Shown here in pieces: positions 16,310-25,256 of a DNA stretch of 32,967 nt. A program made the translations under genes and the position numbers. The stretch is from assembly GCA_964353925.1 (NCBI GenBank), contig CAYGWV010000036.1:1-32967 (forward strand). The letters are read 5' to 3'. The DNA is from an uncultured Syntrophaceae bacterium (GTDB lineage Bacteria > Desulfobacterota > BSN033 > UBA1163). The first letter of the stretch is position 1, and every line of letters starts with the position of its first letter. Below the pieces are notes generated by a model that worked only from the letters and a program-made list of their open reading frames with translations, did no database searches and was not told where the DNA came from.

Positions 16310-17104
16310 CTATTCGCCTATTATGATTTGAATCGGATCTCCTCTCTTTGCCTTCAGCATCTTTTGGGCATTCCCTTCTCTCACAGAGATTTCGAGAAAA
16401 CCACCACTCCCCAGAAGAGCAATCGGCTCGTCCTTCTTCCCTTCCCAGTATCCCTTCTTCAAGCCACGGATGGTCTTTCTCCTTGCCCGGATGACAAAAG
16501 GACGCCCTTGAATAAACCGAAAAAGCTTTCCTTCATCGATGTTGCTGACAAGGTTTCCGAAGGTATCGACGTGGAGAATCTCTCCCAATAACTTCCCTTC
16601 TTTGATGAAGGGTCCTTCAAATCCTAACCATTCCAATGAGTCGATCTTATGCCCGAGGGCATTCGGCTTGATACCCAGCGAGAGATGCGCAGCCACCGGA
16701 GCAAAGATGTCTCTTCCATGAAACGTCGTGCTGACTTTTGAAAGATGATATTTCTGTTTATCAAGCGCTATTATCTGTTTCACGCTTTCCTTCTGGGTAA
16801 TCATTGTGAAAAGGCCATTGTCAGGGCCGATGAAACAGTAATTTTGGGTTACGAGAAGAAGAGGCTTCCTTGCCCCCCCTACCCCCGGATCCACCACGGA
16901 GAGATGGATTGTTCCTTTTGGAAAATAGGAATAGGCATTGGCTAGTATAAAGGCTCCTTCTCGAATATCATGTGGGCTTACCTGGTGGGTAATATCGATG
17001 AGGAGACACCGGGGGTTGATATTCAAAATCACGCCCTTCATCGACGCCACATAATGGTCTTTTGTGCCAAAATCGGTGAGCAGAGTGATGACAAGCTTCC
17101 TCAT
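16310..17104 (-). CDS. SAM hydroxide adenosyltransferase / SAM hydrolase (DUF62; chlorinase-fluorinase superfamily)
   Basis: ITLLTDFG..D.YV..MKG, VVDPGVGGAR, GPDNG, STTFHGRDIFAP, DTFGN, LEISV; Asp-Arg-His hydrolase triad present. Confidence 0.92.
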   Translation of the reverse strand: MRKLVITLLTDFGTKDHYVASMKGVILNINPRCLLIDITHQVSPHDIREGAFILANAYSYFPKGTIHLSVVDPGVGGARKPLLLVTQNYCFIGPDNGLFTMITQKESVKQIIALDKQKYHLSKVSTTFHGRDIFAPVAAHLSLGIKPNALGHKIDSLEWLGFEGPFIKEGKLLGEILHVDTFGNLVSNIDEGKLFRFIQGRPFVIRARRKTIRGLKKGYWEGKKDEPIALLGSGGFLEISVREGNAQKMLKAKRGDPIQIIIGE

Positions 17105-18228
17105 CAGCCCTCTTTGGAGTTCCGGGTTCGGTAGGGAACGCCTGCCTCTCTGGTAGGTAGGGTTTGAAACCGTTCCGTAAAGGAGTTTGGAGTTGCAAAC
17201 AACGTTTTCAAATTCTTCCGAAAAGGCTTCCGAATAATCCCTTTCTCGGTGATGATGCCATGGATGAGGGAGTGGGGAGTCACATCAAAAGCGGGATTAA
17301 AGGCTTTCACGCCTTTGGGAGCGATGGGGTACCCATGAAAATGGGTGACTTCTTCAATATTTCTCTCCTCAATCGGTATCTCTTCTCCGGAGACTAACGA
17401 GAGGTCGAGAGTGGAGGTCGGGGCAGCCACATAAAAAGGAATACCATGAGATTTTGAGAGAACAGCAAGTCCGTAGGTCCCAATTTTATTGGCTGTATCT
17501 CCATTTCCTGCAATCCTATCCGCACCAACCAAAACGAGATGGACCTCACCTTTTTTCATCAGCCAACCTGCCATGTTGTCTGTAATCACGGTAACAGGTA
17601 TCTTTTCCTGGATCAGTTCCCAAGCCGTCAGCCTGGCCCCCTGAAGCTGGGGCCGTGTCTCATCTGCAAAGACATGAAACCTTTTTCCTTGAGCTCTGGC
17701 CGCATAAATCACTCCCAGCGCCGTTCCGTATCCAGCTGTGGCTAATGCCCCGGCATTGCAATGAGTAAGGATTCCGTCCCCCTCTTTGATCAATTTCTTC
17801 CCGTACTTTCCGATTTTGCGGTTCACTTCAATATCGGTTTCAAGGATTTGAAGGGCCTCTCGCACCAACCTCCTCTTGGTCTCCTCGACTCCATCGCTTT
17901 CAACGCGTTCCAACATCTTTTCCATACGATCCACGGCCCAAAAGAGATTCACTGCCGTAGGCCTGGTCTCTCTCATCTCCCGGCATACCTTTTCAACAGC
18001 TTTAGCAAAAACCCGGGGATACCTGGACCAATTTTTCTTGGCCCCGAGGGCAATCCCCATAGCAGCCGCTACCCCGATAGCAGGTGCTCCGCGGATGGCC
18101 ATGGTTCGAATGGCTTCCGCCACAGAAGAAGCATTCCGGCAATCCAGGTAGTGAACCTCCTGGGGGAGCTTCCTTTGATCCAGCATTCTTACCCGGTCAC
18201 CTTTCCATTCTATGGTTTTGAATTTCAT
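17104..18228 (-). CDS. mtnA: S-methyl-5-thioribose-1-phosphate isomerase
   Basis: LDQRKLP, IRGAPAIG, RPTAVNL, THCNAGALAT, DETRPQLQGARLT, GADRI, NKIGT, NPAFDVTP; stop overlaps DUF62 start (TGATG). Confidence 0.96.
   Translation of the reverse strand: MKFKTIEWKGDRVRMLDQRKLPQEVHYLDCRNASSVAEAIRTMAIRGAPAIGVAAAMGIALGAKKNWSRYPRVFAKAVEKVCREMRETRPTAVNLFWAVDRMEKMLERVESDGVEETKRRLVREALQILETDIEVNRKIGKYGKKLIKEGDGILTHCNAGALATAGYGTALGVIYAARAQGKRFHVFADETRPQLQGARLTAWELIQEKIPVTVITDNMAGWLMKKGEVHLVLVGADRIAGNGDTANKIGTYGLAVLSKSHGIPFYVAAPTSTLDLSLVSGEEIPIEERNIEEVTHFHGYPIAPKGVKAFNPAFDVTPHSLIHGIITEKGIIRKPFRKNLKTLFATPNSFTERFQTLPTREAGVPYRTRNSKEG
17131..17179. repeat. GTAG-type REP palindrome with nested 21-nt CCTGCC...GGTAGG insert, inside the mtnA 3' end
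   Basis: GTAGGGAACG[CCTGCCTCTCTGGTAGGTAGG]GTTTGAAACCGTTCCGTA. Confidence 0.7.
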
Positions 18229-18242
18229 AGAGCCTAAGCGGC

Positions 18243-18311
18243 AGGTTCAGGTTAAGATTTAGGTTCAGGTAAAAACCTTTTTTGCTCTCAACCTTAGCCT
18301 CAGCCTCAACC
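18243..18311. repeat. Inverted pair of hexamer tandem arrays
   Basis: (AGGTTC/AGGTTA)n then (CTCAAC/CTTAGC/CTCAGC)n; the gatB stop TGA lies within the array. Confidence 0.65.
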
Positions 18312-19745
18312 TTTTAATTTCTTTCTGAGTATCTCATTGACCAATTTAGGATTCGCCTTTCCTTTGGTTTGCTTCATCACTTCTCCCACGAAAAAGCCGA
18401 AGAGCTTCTCCTTGCCTTTGCGATAATCCTCCACCTGCTTTGGATTGGCCTGTATCGCTTTTTCTATGGCCCTTTCGATTTCCCCTTCATCCAGAATTTG
18501 AACCCACCCCTTGTCTCGAACGATCTTTTCCGGGCGTTCCCCCGTCCGATACATCTCTTCAAAAACATCCTTGGCGATCTTCCCGCTGATCGTCCCCTCT
18601 TTCATCATCGAAAGCATTTCTGCCAAATGTTGGGGAGTGACGGGGCATTGGTCGATTTCCCTCTCATCATGTTTCAACTCCCTGAGAAGCTCCCCCATCA
18701 TCCAGTTACTGACGGTCTTGGGCTCCGGAAAAAGGCAGACACATTCCTCATAGTAAACCCCCATGGCTTTTGTAGAGGTGAGGATCTCGGCATCGTATTC
18801 AGGAATCTGGTATTGCCGCACAAACCGTTCCTTTTTTTCATCAGGAAGCTCAGGAAGGCTTTTACGAATCTCTTCCACCCATTTTTCTTCAACCCTCAAG
18901 GGAACGAGATCCGGGTCGGGAAAATAACGATAATCATGGGCCTCTTCTTTTCCTCTCATTGAAATCGTGATCCCCTGATCGACATCCCAGAGCCGGGTTT
19001 CTTGAAGGACATCCTCTCCGTCCTCCAACAAAGCTATCTGACGCTTGATCTCATACTCTAACGCCTTCTCCACATGCCGGAAAGAGTTCATGTTCTTCAA
19101 TTCAGCTCTTGTCCCGAATTCCTTCTGGCCCATTGGCCTGACCGAAACATTGGCATCGCATCGAAATGTCCCCTTCTCCATATCCCCTGTGCAGATCTCC
19201 AGATATTGAAGGATCGCCCGAAGTTTTCTTAAATAATCGCCTGCCTCCTGAGGAGACCGAATGTCCGGTCCGCTCACAATCTCAACCAAAGGGACGCCTG
19301 TGCGATTAAAATCCACGTAGCTAAACGAAGCTGTCTCCGGCGTCTCGCCATGCTTCAACTTCCCGGCATCCTCTTCCATATGAATCCGGATGATATGAAT
19401 TCGTTTCCTTTGTCCCTCTAACATGATCTCAACGAAACCATTCTCTGCGAGAGGATACTCATACATCGAAATCTGGTAGCCCTTGGGAAGATCTGGATAA
19501 AAATAATTTTTTCTGGCAAACAGACTGGAAGGATTAATCCGGCAAGAAGTGGCCAACCCCAATTTGATGGCAAACTCCACAGCCTTCCGGTTTACGACAG
19601 GAAGAGACCCCGGCTGACCTGTACAGACCGGACAGGTTTGCGTATTAGGTTCTTCCCCAAATGCGGTGGAACATCCACAGAATATCTTCGATCGGGTCAG
19701 GAGCTGGGCATGGACTTCCAGGCCAATCACGGGTTCATATTCCAC
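18306..19745 (-). CDS. gatB: Asp-tRNA(Asn)/Glu-tRNA(Gln) amidotransferase subunit B
   Basis: [63 protein letters not shown]; GTG start with AGGAG RBS. Confidence 0.98.
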   Translation of the reverse strand: MEYEPVIGLEVHAQLLTRSKIFCGCSTAFGEEPNTQTCPVCTGQPGSLPVVNRKAVEFAIKLGLATSCRINPSSLFARKNYFYPDLPKGYQISMYEYPLAENGFVEIMLEGQRKRIHIIRIHMEEDAGKLKHGETPETASFSYVDFNRTGVPLVEIVSGPDIRSPQEAGDYLRKLRAILQYLEICTGDMEKGTFRCDANVSVRPMGQKEFGTRAELKNMNSFRHVEKALEYEIKRQIALLEDGEDVLQETRLWDVDQGITISMRGKEEAHDYRYFPDPDLVPLRVEEKWVEEIRKSLPELPDEKKERFVRQYQIPEYDAEILTSTKAMGVYYEECVCLFPEPKTVSNWMMGELLRELKHDEREIDQCPVTPQHLAEMLSMMKEGTISGKIAKDVFEEMYRTGERPEKIVRDKGWVQILDEGEIERAIEKAIQANPKQVEDYRKGKEKLFGFFVGEVMKQTKGKANPKLVNEILRKKLKG

Positions 19746-19777
19746 AAGGTTCTCCTATCTGAACGAAATATTGCTTA

Positions 19778-19806
19778 AAAATATAATAAACTCCTTCACT
19801 TGTCAA
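19778..19806 (-). promoter_or_regulatory. Putative sigma70 promoter of the gatB-mtnA-DUF62 operon
   Basis: TTGACA-17 nt-TATTTT on the minus strand. Confidence 0.6.
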
Positions 19807-19851
19807 TTGACAGAGGACCTCACCCCGGGACTAATCCATTGAGTGAGTCAG

Positions 19852-19880
19852 TTGACAAACCCGGGCGATTCCATTACTTT
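19852..19880 (+). promoter_or_regulatory. Putative sigma70 promoter of the Kdo-kinase-like gene
   Basis: TTGACA-17 nt-TACTTT ending 8 nt before the ATG. Confidence 0.55.
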
Positions 19881-19888
19881 AGTCAAAA

Positions 19889-20773
19889 ATGCTTAAGCAT
19901 ATTCAAACCCTCACCTCCTTTTCTCTGATTGAAAAAGGGAAGGTTTCTCTTCTACTTAAGGAAGAGTACAAAAACCTTCTCCTGGCGCAGGGGATCGATG
20001 ATTTAAAAACCTTTCTCAAAAAAAGCAGGCAGACCGCTCACTATCTCAAGGGTCGAACTCTTCATCCCTCCATCTCTTTTGAGGAGGGGAAGAGAATGGT
20101 TCTTCGCCAATATTCACACGGCGGGCTGTTGCGCCCCATCACAGGGAATCTCTACCTCTTCGGGGCGAGATCTTTCCGGGAACTAGCCTTAACAGAGGAA
20201 ATCCGATCCTGTGGAATTCCTACGATCCGATCCATCGGCGCCATCCACCATTGGATTTTCTTTCCCTTCTACCAGGCTTACTTTCTTTCCCTGGAAGTCC
20301 CTTTTGCTGTGGATCTGGTTCAATATTTTGATGGAACCGGAACCCATCCTTCCCTTGAAAACATTTCCTCGAAGCGAAAAACGATTCGATCTGTCGGGCT
20401 TCTTATTCAAAAATTTCACCAAGCTGGCTTTTTCCATGGCGACCTTCAGCTTAAGAACATTCTGGCCGCAGGAGACCAACTTCTCCTGATTGATTTTGAT
20501 CGCTCCTATCGAAAGCCGACCCTTTCTGTCAAAGAGAGGATCAAGAATCTCCTTCGCCTCAACCGTTCTGCAGAAAAGTGGAGACGCCTTGGGCTGCCAA
20601 TCACGCGGACAGACCGTTGGCGTTTCTTTTTGGCCTATGCGGGAGACGACAAAAAAATCAGGGAAACCATGGTAAAGACCCTTCGAACTTATTCGCTTCG
20701 GTTTTTATTCTATCGATTGGGCTGGACAGTTGAAAAGATAGTTGGGAGTTCGAAACTAAGGACTCCGAACTAA
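19889..20773 (+). CDS. Lipopolysaccharide kinase (Kdo/WaaP/InaA family), KdkA-like
   Basis: GR, VLRQYSHGGL, RSFREL, FHGDLQLKNIL, LIDFDRS, NLLRLNRS. Confidence 0.85.
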   Translation: MLKHIQTLTSFSLIEKGKVSLLLKEEYKNLLLAQGIDDLKTFLKKSRQTAHYLKGRTLHPSISFEEGKRMVLRQYSHGGLLRPITGNLYLFGARSFRELALTEEIRSCGIPTIRSIGAIHHWIFFPFYQAYFLSLEVPFAVDLVQYFDGTGTHPSLENISSKRKTIRSVGLLIQKFHQAGFFHGDLQLKNILAAGDQLLLIDFDRSYRKPTLSVKERIKNLLRLNRSAEKWRRLGLPITRTDRWRFFLAYAGDDKKIRETMVKTLRTYSLRFLFYRLGWTVEKIVGSSKLRTPN

Positions 20774-20792
20774 ATACTCCGAACTCCGAACT
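20743..20792. repeat. Heptamer array (TCCGAAC)n at the convergent overlap of two genes
   Basis: ACTCCGAACT repeated three times; both stop codons fall within the array. Confidence 0.6.
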
Positions 20793-21417
20793 TTCTAAAA
20801 AATTCCCTCAGCGGCTGGATGAGGAAACGAATGTGGGAAATGAGGAAGTGATCCGCTCCCGGAATAAGAGCTAAGGATTTCGGTTCCTCGAGTTGTTGAT
20901 ACCACCCTTTCAACAAAGACGGCGGACAGAAAGAATCGTGGTCTCCTGCAATGAAAAGTTTCTTCTTTTTGCATCCCTTCAGAAATCCAAAATCATAGAT
21001 TTCAAGAGGTGGGGCGATAGCCACCATCCCCTCAAATTTTTCATCCTCGACGGCAATGGGAAAACCTGCCCAAGCTCCAAAAGAGTATCCCACCAAAATA
21101 AGCAGGGGGGAATCGCCCTTCAGTCTTGAATAGAAGTAGTTGGCAACAGCCTTTACATCCTGCCTCTCCCCGATCCCTTCTCCATAAGATCCTTCGCTTT
21201 CACCCACCCCTCTGAAGTTAAAACGAAGTGTGGAGAACCCTTCTTGAAAAGCGGCCTCCAATGCCGTCGTCATCACAGGGTGGTTCATATCTCCGCCATA
21301 CTGTGGGTGAGGATGGCAGCAGATGACCCCGCCTCTAAAAGAAGGGGCCTCTTGAATACTCAAGAGGCCTTCCAATTGAATCCCATCAGACGGAATAAAA
21401 ACCTTTTCTTCTCTCAT
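20770..21417 (-). CDS. Alpha/beta-fold hydrolase
   Basis: CHPHPQYGGDM, LRFNFRGVGESEG, GYSFG nucleophile elbow, GDHD, GADHF. Confidence 0.92.
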   Translation of the reverse strand: MREEKVFIPSDGIQLEGLLSIQEAPSFRGGVICCHPHPQYGGDMNHPVMTTALEAAFQEGFSTLRFNFRGVGESEGSYGEGIGERQDVKAVANYFYSRLKGDSPLLILVGYSFGAWAGFPIAVEDEKFEGMVAIAPPLEIYDFGFLKGCKKKKLFIAGDHDSFCPPSLLKGWYQQLEEPKSLALIPGADHFLISHIRFLIQPLREFFRKFGVRSI

Positions 21418-21848
21418 CCCATTTTAGAGAATCGCAGAACTTCCTGATTCGTCACGCGAAACGCTCCTTTCCTATCCTTCTTGATCGGTTTTTCCTTTTC
21501 ATAAGACTCAATCTTCGCATCAACCTTCTCTTTTACCCATTCCAAAATATTTCTTATAATCTCTAAAAAACGGACCCCGAAACGGGTGACGTCCTCGCTT
21601 TCAATCCTGTCATTCAGTTTTTTTAGCCATTCGTCCAACTTTTTTTGTATTTCCTTCAAAATCTGAAGCATGTGAGGATCCGCGTCTCCCTTTTCCTTCT
21701 CATCTTGGACCAGGATAACGGGGTATCCATCTGTTTTTGTTTTCCCGTGAAATGTCTGTTTTAGATTGGAGAAAGAACCGAAAACTAAACCTATTCCCAG
21801 GATAAGGATCAATGATAAGGATATGAGAGGGCCGATCCATTTTTTCAT
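21414..21848 (-). CDS. Hypothetical protein with N-terminal signal/TM segment and helical domain
   Basis: MKKW + hydrophobic stretch; AAGGA RBS; ATGA overlap with the downstream hydrolase. Confidence 0.7.
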   Translation of the reverse strand: MKKWIGPLISLSLILILGIGLVFGSFSNLKQTFHGKTKTDGYPVILVQDEKEKGDADPHMLQILKEIQKKLDEWLKKLNDRIESEDVTRFGVRFLEIIRNILEWVKEKVDAKIESYEKEKPIKKDRKGAFRVTNQEVLRFSKMG

Positions 21849-21878
21849 ATCCGCTAGTCCTTCGATACTAAAAAAGAG

Positions 21879-21955
21879 TGGCGGGCGATGCGGGAGTTGA
21901 ACCCACGGCCTTTGGTTCCGGAGACCAACGCTCTATCCAACTGAGCTAATCGCCC
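21879..21955 (-). tRNA. tRNA-Arg (anticodon CCG)
   Basis: GGGCGAT-TAGCTCAGTTGGATAGAGC-G-TTGGT CTCCGGA ACCAA-AGGCC-GTGGGTTCAACTCCCGC-ATCGCCC-G-CCA; full cloverleaf, encoded CCA. Confidence 0.97.
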
Positions 21956-22036
21956 ATTCTAAGCTGACCACCATTAAGGTTTAACGCCCTGGTATGCCTT
22001 CCCATTCTCTGAAAAGACATTTCCACCCTTGGGGAC

Positions 22037-22065
22037 TTTTTACCATGTTCAAGGGTCGCTGTCAA
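22037..22065 (-). promoter_or_regulatory. Putative promoter of tRNA-Arg
   Basis: TTGACA-17 nt-TAAAAA with TG extension. Confidence 0.4.
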
Positions 22066-22119
22066 TTTCTTGATTGATAGGAATCTTCCGAATCCCCTTC
22101 TTGGCCTTGACGATTTATA

Positions 22120-22554
22120 TCACTTGATTTCAGATCCTATGTCAGGTCCTTGAGCAAATAGAGCAAAACTTTTGTGAAATTCGACTTCACTGAGCCTCCT
22201 CATAGTATCCACGCTCCTCCTTGCTTTTGTAATGACTGTCACCTTGGATTGGTCTTTATCGATAGGTTCTATCCAGACCCCTATCAGAGTTCCTTTATAA
22301 TACCAGTCCGCCCCACTTTTAATGAGCATATATCCCTCTGCCCGATTTTCTCTTATGTCACCTATTCCTTCCCATTGCGAAACTCTTTTAGCAATTTCCC
22401 AGGCCCGGTCAGCATCTACTTTATAGACTCTACTCATCCCTTCTCCTGCTTCTTTCGACCTCACTAAATCGCCAAATGTGGTGGCACATCCTGCGAGAAT
22501 TAAAAGCGATAATGCAACAAGGACAACTCCCAACTTCCCCGATAACAATTTCAC
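22120..22554 (-). CDS. Hypothetical lipoprotein
   Basis: Signal peptide ending in lipobox LAGC; GGAGG RBS upstream of GTG. Confidence 0.8.
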   Translation of the reverse strand: MKLLSGKLGVVLVALSLLILAGCATTFGDLVRSKEAGEGMSRVYKVDADRAWEIAKRVSQWEGIGDIRENRAEGYMLIKSGADWYYKGTLIGVWIEPIDKDQSKVTVITKARRSVDTMRRLSEVEFHKSFALFAQGPDIGSEIK

Positions 22555-22618
22555 TCATCTCACCTCCTTCTCTTTGCCTCTTGGCCGTCCCCACACTCGA
22601 TCCCGTTTTGCATTCAAA

Positions 22619-23005
22619 TCATCCTCCAAGACTCCCCAAAAAGTTTTTTAGATTCCTGAGGTCGTCGATAGAGATATCAACATACCTTACACCAGTCCGG
22701 CATTCCCCCCGATCCTTTCTCGGATCAACATCCATCCAAACAACCTGTGTTACCATTCCGATGACATGGAACGCGGAACAGGAAGGAAAAAAGAGTTTGA
22801 TTCTCAGATATTGACCCTCCTCCATCGGCTCAGAAAAATGGGCTAACAAACCCCCTTCGCTGGCATTGATCGCTCGATCCTGTCTCACAACCAAATCCCT
22901 CCGAGTATACTCTATCGGCAGATCAATACCAAACCTGGGATATCTTCTCTTTTCGAGATCCCCAGTCCCGTGACTGGCCTTAGGTTCTCTCTCTCGGTTT
23001 CTCAC
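22619..23005 (-). CDS. PilZ domain (c-di-GMP receptor) protein
   Basis: EKRRYPRF (RxxxR) and NASEGG ([DN]xSxxG), VVW, GVRY; start uncertain. Confidence 0.85.
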   Translation of the reverse strand: MRNREREPKASHGTGDLEKRRYPRFGIDLPIEYTRRDLVVRQDRAINASEGGLLAHFSEPMEEGQYLRIKLFFPSCSAFHVIGMVTQVVWMDVDPRKDRGECRTGVRYVDISIDDLRNLKNFLGSLGG

Positions 23006-23067
23006 TGAATCTTTCTTCAGAAAAATTGCAGAAAATGGAAAAAGGGACAGCTCGTTTTTTCCTGCCG

Positions 23068-23313
23068 TTACCTTAATAGTTCCTGTAATTCTTCCATCCT
23101 TCCATAAAGTTCTCTCGCAATTTCTAACGATGCAAAAATAAGATACGATGTGTACATCATGACGACAATCGTCAGTATTATTTTTGATGCCTTGCTGAAT
23201 TTAGGGCTCTTATAAAGCAGGGGTAAACCAAAAGGTCCTAATACCAAAAATAATAGAAGAACCACACCGATGGGTCTTAAATACCATTTAATTTTTCCGT
23301 CTTCTTCGCGCAT
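23068..23313 (-). CDS. Small hypothetical membrane protein (2 TM)
   Basis: KWYLRP.GVVLLLFLVLGPFGLPLLYKSPKFS + second TM; start at ATG 23313 or TTG 23325. Confidence 0.7.
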   Translation of the reverse strand: MREEDGKIKWYLRPIGVVLLLFLVLGPFGLPLLYKSPKFSKASKIILTIVVMMYTSYLIFASLEIARELYGRMEELQELLR

Positions 23314-23370
23314 TCTAAATCCCAAACCACTTGATTGTTCCCACTTCTAAGGATAATCACGTCTTCTCTT

Positions 23371-24441
23371 TTATAGCCATTTCTTTTTCTTAAAATAAAT
23401 CAACATCGAGATGCCGATGATAACGACAATGAGCCAAATGGCCGGATAACCCCAGCGCCACTCCAGCTCGGGCATATATCTAAAATTCATCCCATAAATT
23501 CCAGCGATGAAGGTGAGGGGCATGAATATTGTAGCGATGATCGTAAGCACTTTCATCACTGAATTCAGCCGATTGCTTACGCTCGAAAGATAAATGTCCA
23601 GCATCCCCGAAAGCATCTCTCGATAGACCTCTACGGTATCCATCACCTGGACAATATGATCATAGACGTCTCTGAGATAGATCTCCGTGGTCTCCTTAAC
23701 TAGGGGCGATTCCTTCCTTCTCAGACCACTGATGACCTCTCTCAAAGGCCATACCACTCTCCTCACAAAGATCATCTCATTTTTAAATTTTTGAATTTCC
23801 TGGAGTGTCGTGGTGGTTGGATGGGCCACCAGTTCCTCTTCGAGAAGCTCTATTTTCTCCCCCAGTCTTTCAAGGATTAAGAAATAATTGTCTACAATTG
23901 TATCAATCAGGGAATAGGCGAGAAAATCTGATCCCATTTTTCTGATAAACCCTTTCTCACTCCTGATCCTCTCCCTCACCGGATTAAAAACGTCTCCTTC
24001 TTTTCCCTCTTGAAAGGAGACCACAAAATTCGAGCCGAGGATCAGACTCACCTGTTCCGATTCTACCAACCGGTTCGGGTCGCCCCCGGAGAGCATCTTT
24101 AGAACGATGTAGATATACTCCCCCCCGTAGATTTCTATCTTGGGGCGCTGGTCCGTGTTTAAGATGTCTTCAAGCACAAGGGGATGGAGTCCAAAACAGT
24201 TCCCAAGCTTCTCAACCACCTCCACCCGATGGACTCCTTCCACATTGATCCAGGTGACGGTAGGCTTTTCTCGAAAAGAAAAGCATTCCTCTACCATTTT
24301 AACCTCGCCCTCTTGAAAATTAGCCTCATCGTAATCGATCAGCGCAATTTTAACTTCTCCGGCCCTTTTCTCCCCGATGTGAACAAGCGTCCCGGGAGGA
24401 AGACCGGCTTTTCTGGATCTTTTTTTAATCAGTTTTGCCAT
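23371..24441 (-). CDS. corA: Magnesium/cobalt transporter CorA
   Basis: GLPPGTL, LHPLVLEDI..QRPK, MKVLT, YGMNF signature, MPEL. Confidence 0.97.
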   Translation of the reverse strand: MAKLIKKRSRKAGLPPGTLVHIGEKRAGEVKIALIDYDEANFQEGEVKMVEECFSFREKPTVTWINVEGVHRVEVVEKLGNCFGLHPLVLEDILNTDQRPKIEIYGGEYIYIVLKMLSGGDPNRLVESEQVSLILGSNFVVSFQEGKEGDVFNPVRERIRSEKGFIRKMGSDFLAYSLIDTIVDNYFLILERLGEKIELLEEELVAHPTTTTLQEIQKFKNEMIFVRRVVWPLREVISGLRRKESPLVKETTEIYLRDVYDHIVQVMDTVEVYREMLSGMLDIYLSSVSNRLNSVMKVLTIIATIFMPLTFIAGIYGMNFRYMPELEWRWGYPAIWLIVVIIGISMLIYFKKKKWL

Positions 24442-24447
24442 ACGAAA

Positions 24448-25029
24448 TCACCACCCCTTCATCCCGATCGCTCTCCTCACGGCTTCACCAAATACGCGAA
24501 GTCGATCCGTGTCGTTTCTGAGCAAATCGCGAACCTTTCGGCTGACCTCCAATTGCACGCCCTGTCTTAATTTGCCTCGATTGCAGATATTTTGGGGATC
24601 GGTCCCCATCAATCCTTCTGTCGGAGGTCGAGTTTGAAAACCGGCTCCCTCTAATTGGTGTTCTATTTTTGAACGTAAGTGGGTATGAAGACCCCCTGCC
24701 ATAATAAATTCGTCTCTCTGGTCAATCTGCCCATGCACGGTTATTACTACATCGGCAATTTCGACGGCTTTAAGTGCACGAGGTTCATCAAAAAGATGAC
24801 TTTCAATATGAAGCCCCCTGTTCCCATCTTTCTTTTGTCCTTCAAAGGCATAAAAAGAGTAATTCGTTCCCGCAATCGCCTCAGCAATTTCGACTGTGGC
24901 GGGCTCAATCCTTCCCCCGTGGGGCGCCATGATCAGAACACGTGGATTCCTCAATTTGATCCTGATTCGATAGTCCTGCCCTTCCACTTCGCAATCTGCA
25001 AGTTCTTTAAAACTCGAATAGGAAGTCAT
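24448..25029 (-). CDS. Poly-gamma-glutamate hydrolase family protein (DUF867/YjqB/PghP-like)
   Basis: YSSFKEL, APHGGRIEPAT, LHIES..FDEP, TVHG, NICN, GVQLE; start at ATG 25029 because GTG 25143 overlaps the predicted promoter. Confidence 0.88.
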   Translation of the reverse strand: MTSYSSFKELADCEVEGQDYRIRIKLRNPRVLIMAPHGGRIEPATVEIAEAIAGTNYSFYAFEGQKKDGNRGLHIESHLFDEPRALKAVEIADVVITVHGQIDQRDEFIMAGGLHTHLRSKIEHQLEGAGFQTRPPTEGLMGTDPQNICNRGKLRQGVQLEVSRKVRDLLRNDTDRLRVFGEAVRRAIGMKGW

Positions 25030-25141
25030 CTCATCCACTCTGAAAATGTGGCTTTGCCCGAAAGCCCAGCCCGTACTCACGATAATATTCAGACGATTGC
25101 ACCGCCCAGAAAACTGCCGTACCCCATGGGCGGGTAGCTTC

Positions 25142-25169
25142 ACTATAGCAAAAAGATCGAGGTTGTCAA
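25142..25169 (-). promoter_or_regulatory. Putative sigma70 promoter of the DUF867-corA operon
   Basis: TTGACA-16 nt-TATAGT with extended -10 TG. Confidence 0.6.
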
Positions 25170-25194
25170 CAGATCGTGTAGGCTGTGGGAAAAT

Positions 25195-25221
25195 AAAAAG
25201 GGTGCCTTAGGCACCCTTTTT
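25195..25221. terminator. Bidirectional rho-independent terminator
   Basis: AAAAAGGGTGCC-tta-GGCACCCTTTTT. Confidence 0.8.
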
Positions 25222-25256
25222 ACTCAATATTTAAAAACCTTCTTAGATACAGCTAA

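Noticed and set aside
16310-17104. SAM-dependent chlorinase/fluorinase next to an isomerase (halometabolite pathway)
   Set aside because: Motif is TFHGRD with the Asp-Arg-His triad of DUF62 hydrolases, not the Tyr-Gly/Tyr-Ser halide pocket of SalL/FlA; no biosynthetic context
18306-19745. Orphan gatB without gatC/gatA
   Set aside because: Separation of gatB from gatCA is common; not unusual
21879-25143. Genomic island or prophage integrated at tRNA-Arg
   Set aside because: No integrase, no duplicated tRNA 3' end seen, flanking genes are ordinary; DUF867 alone is not evidence of a prophage
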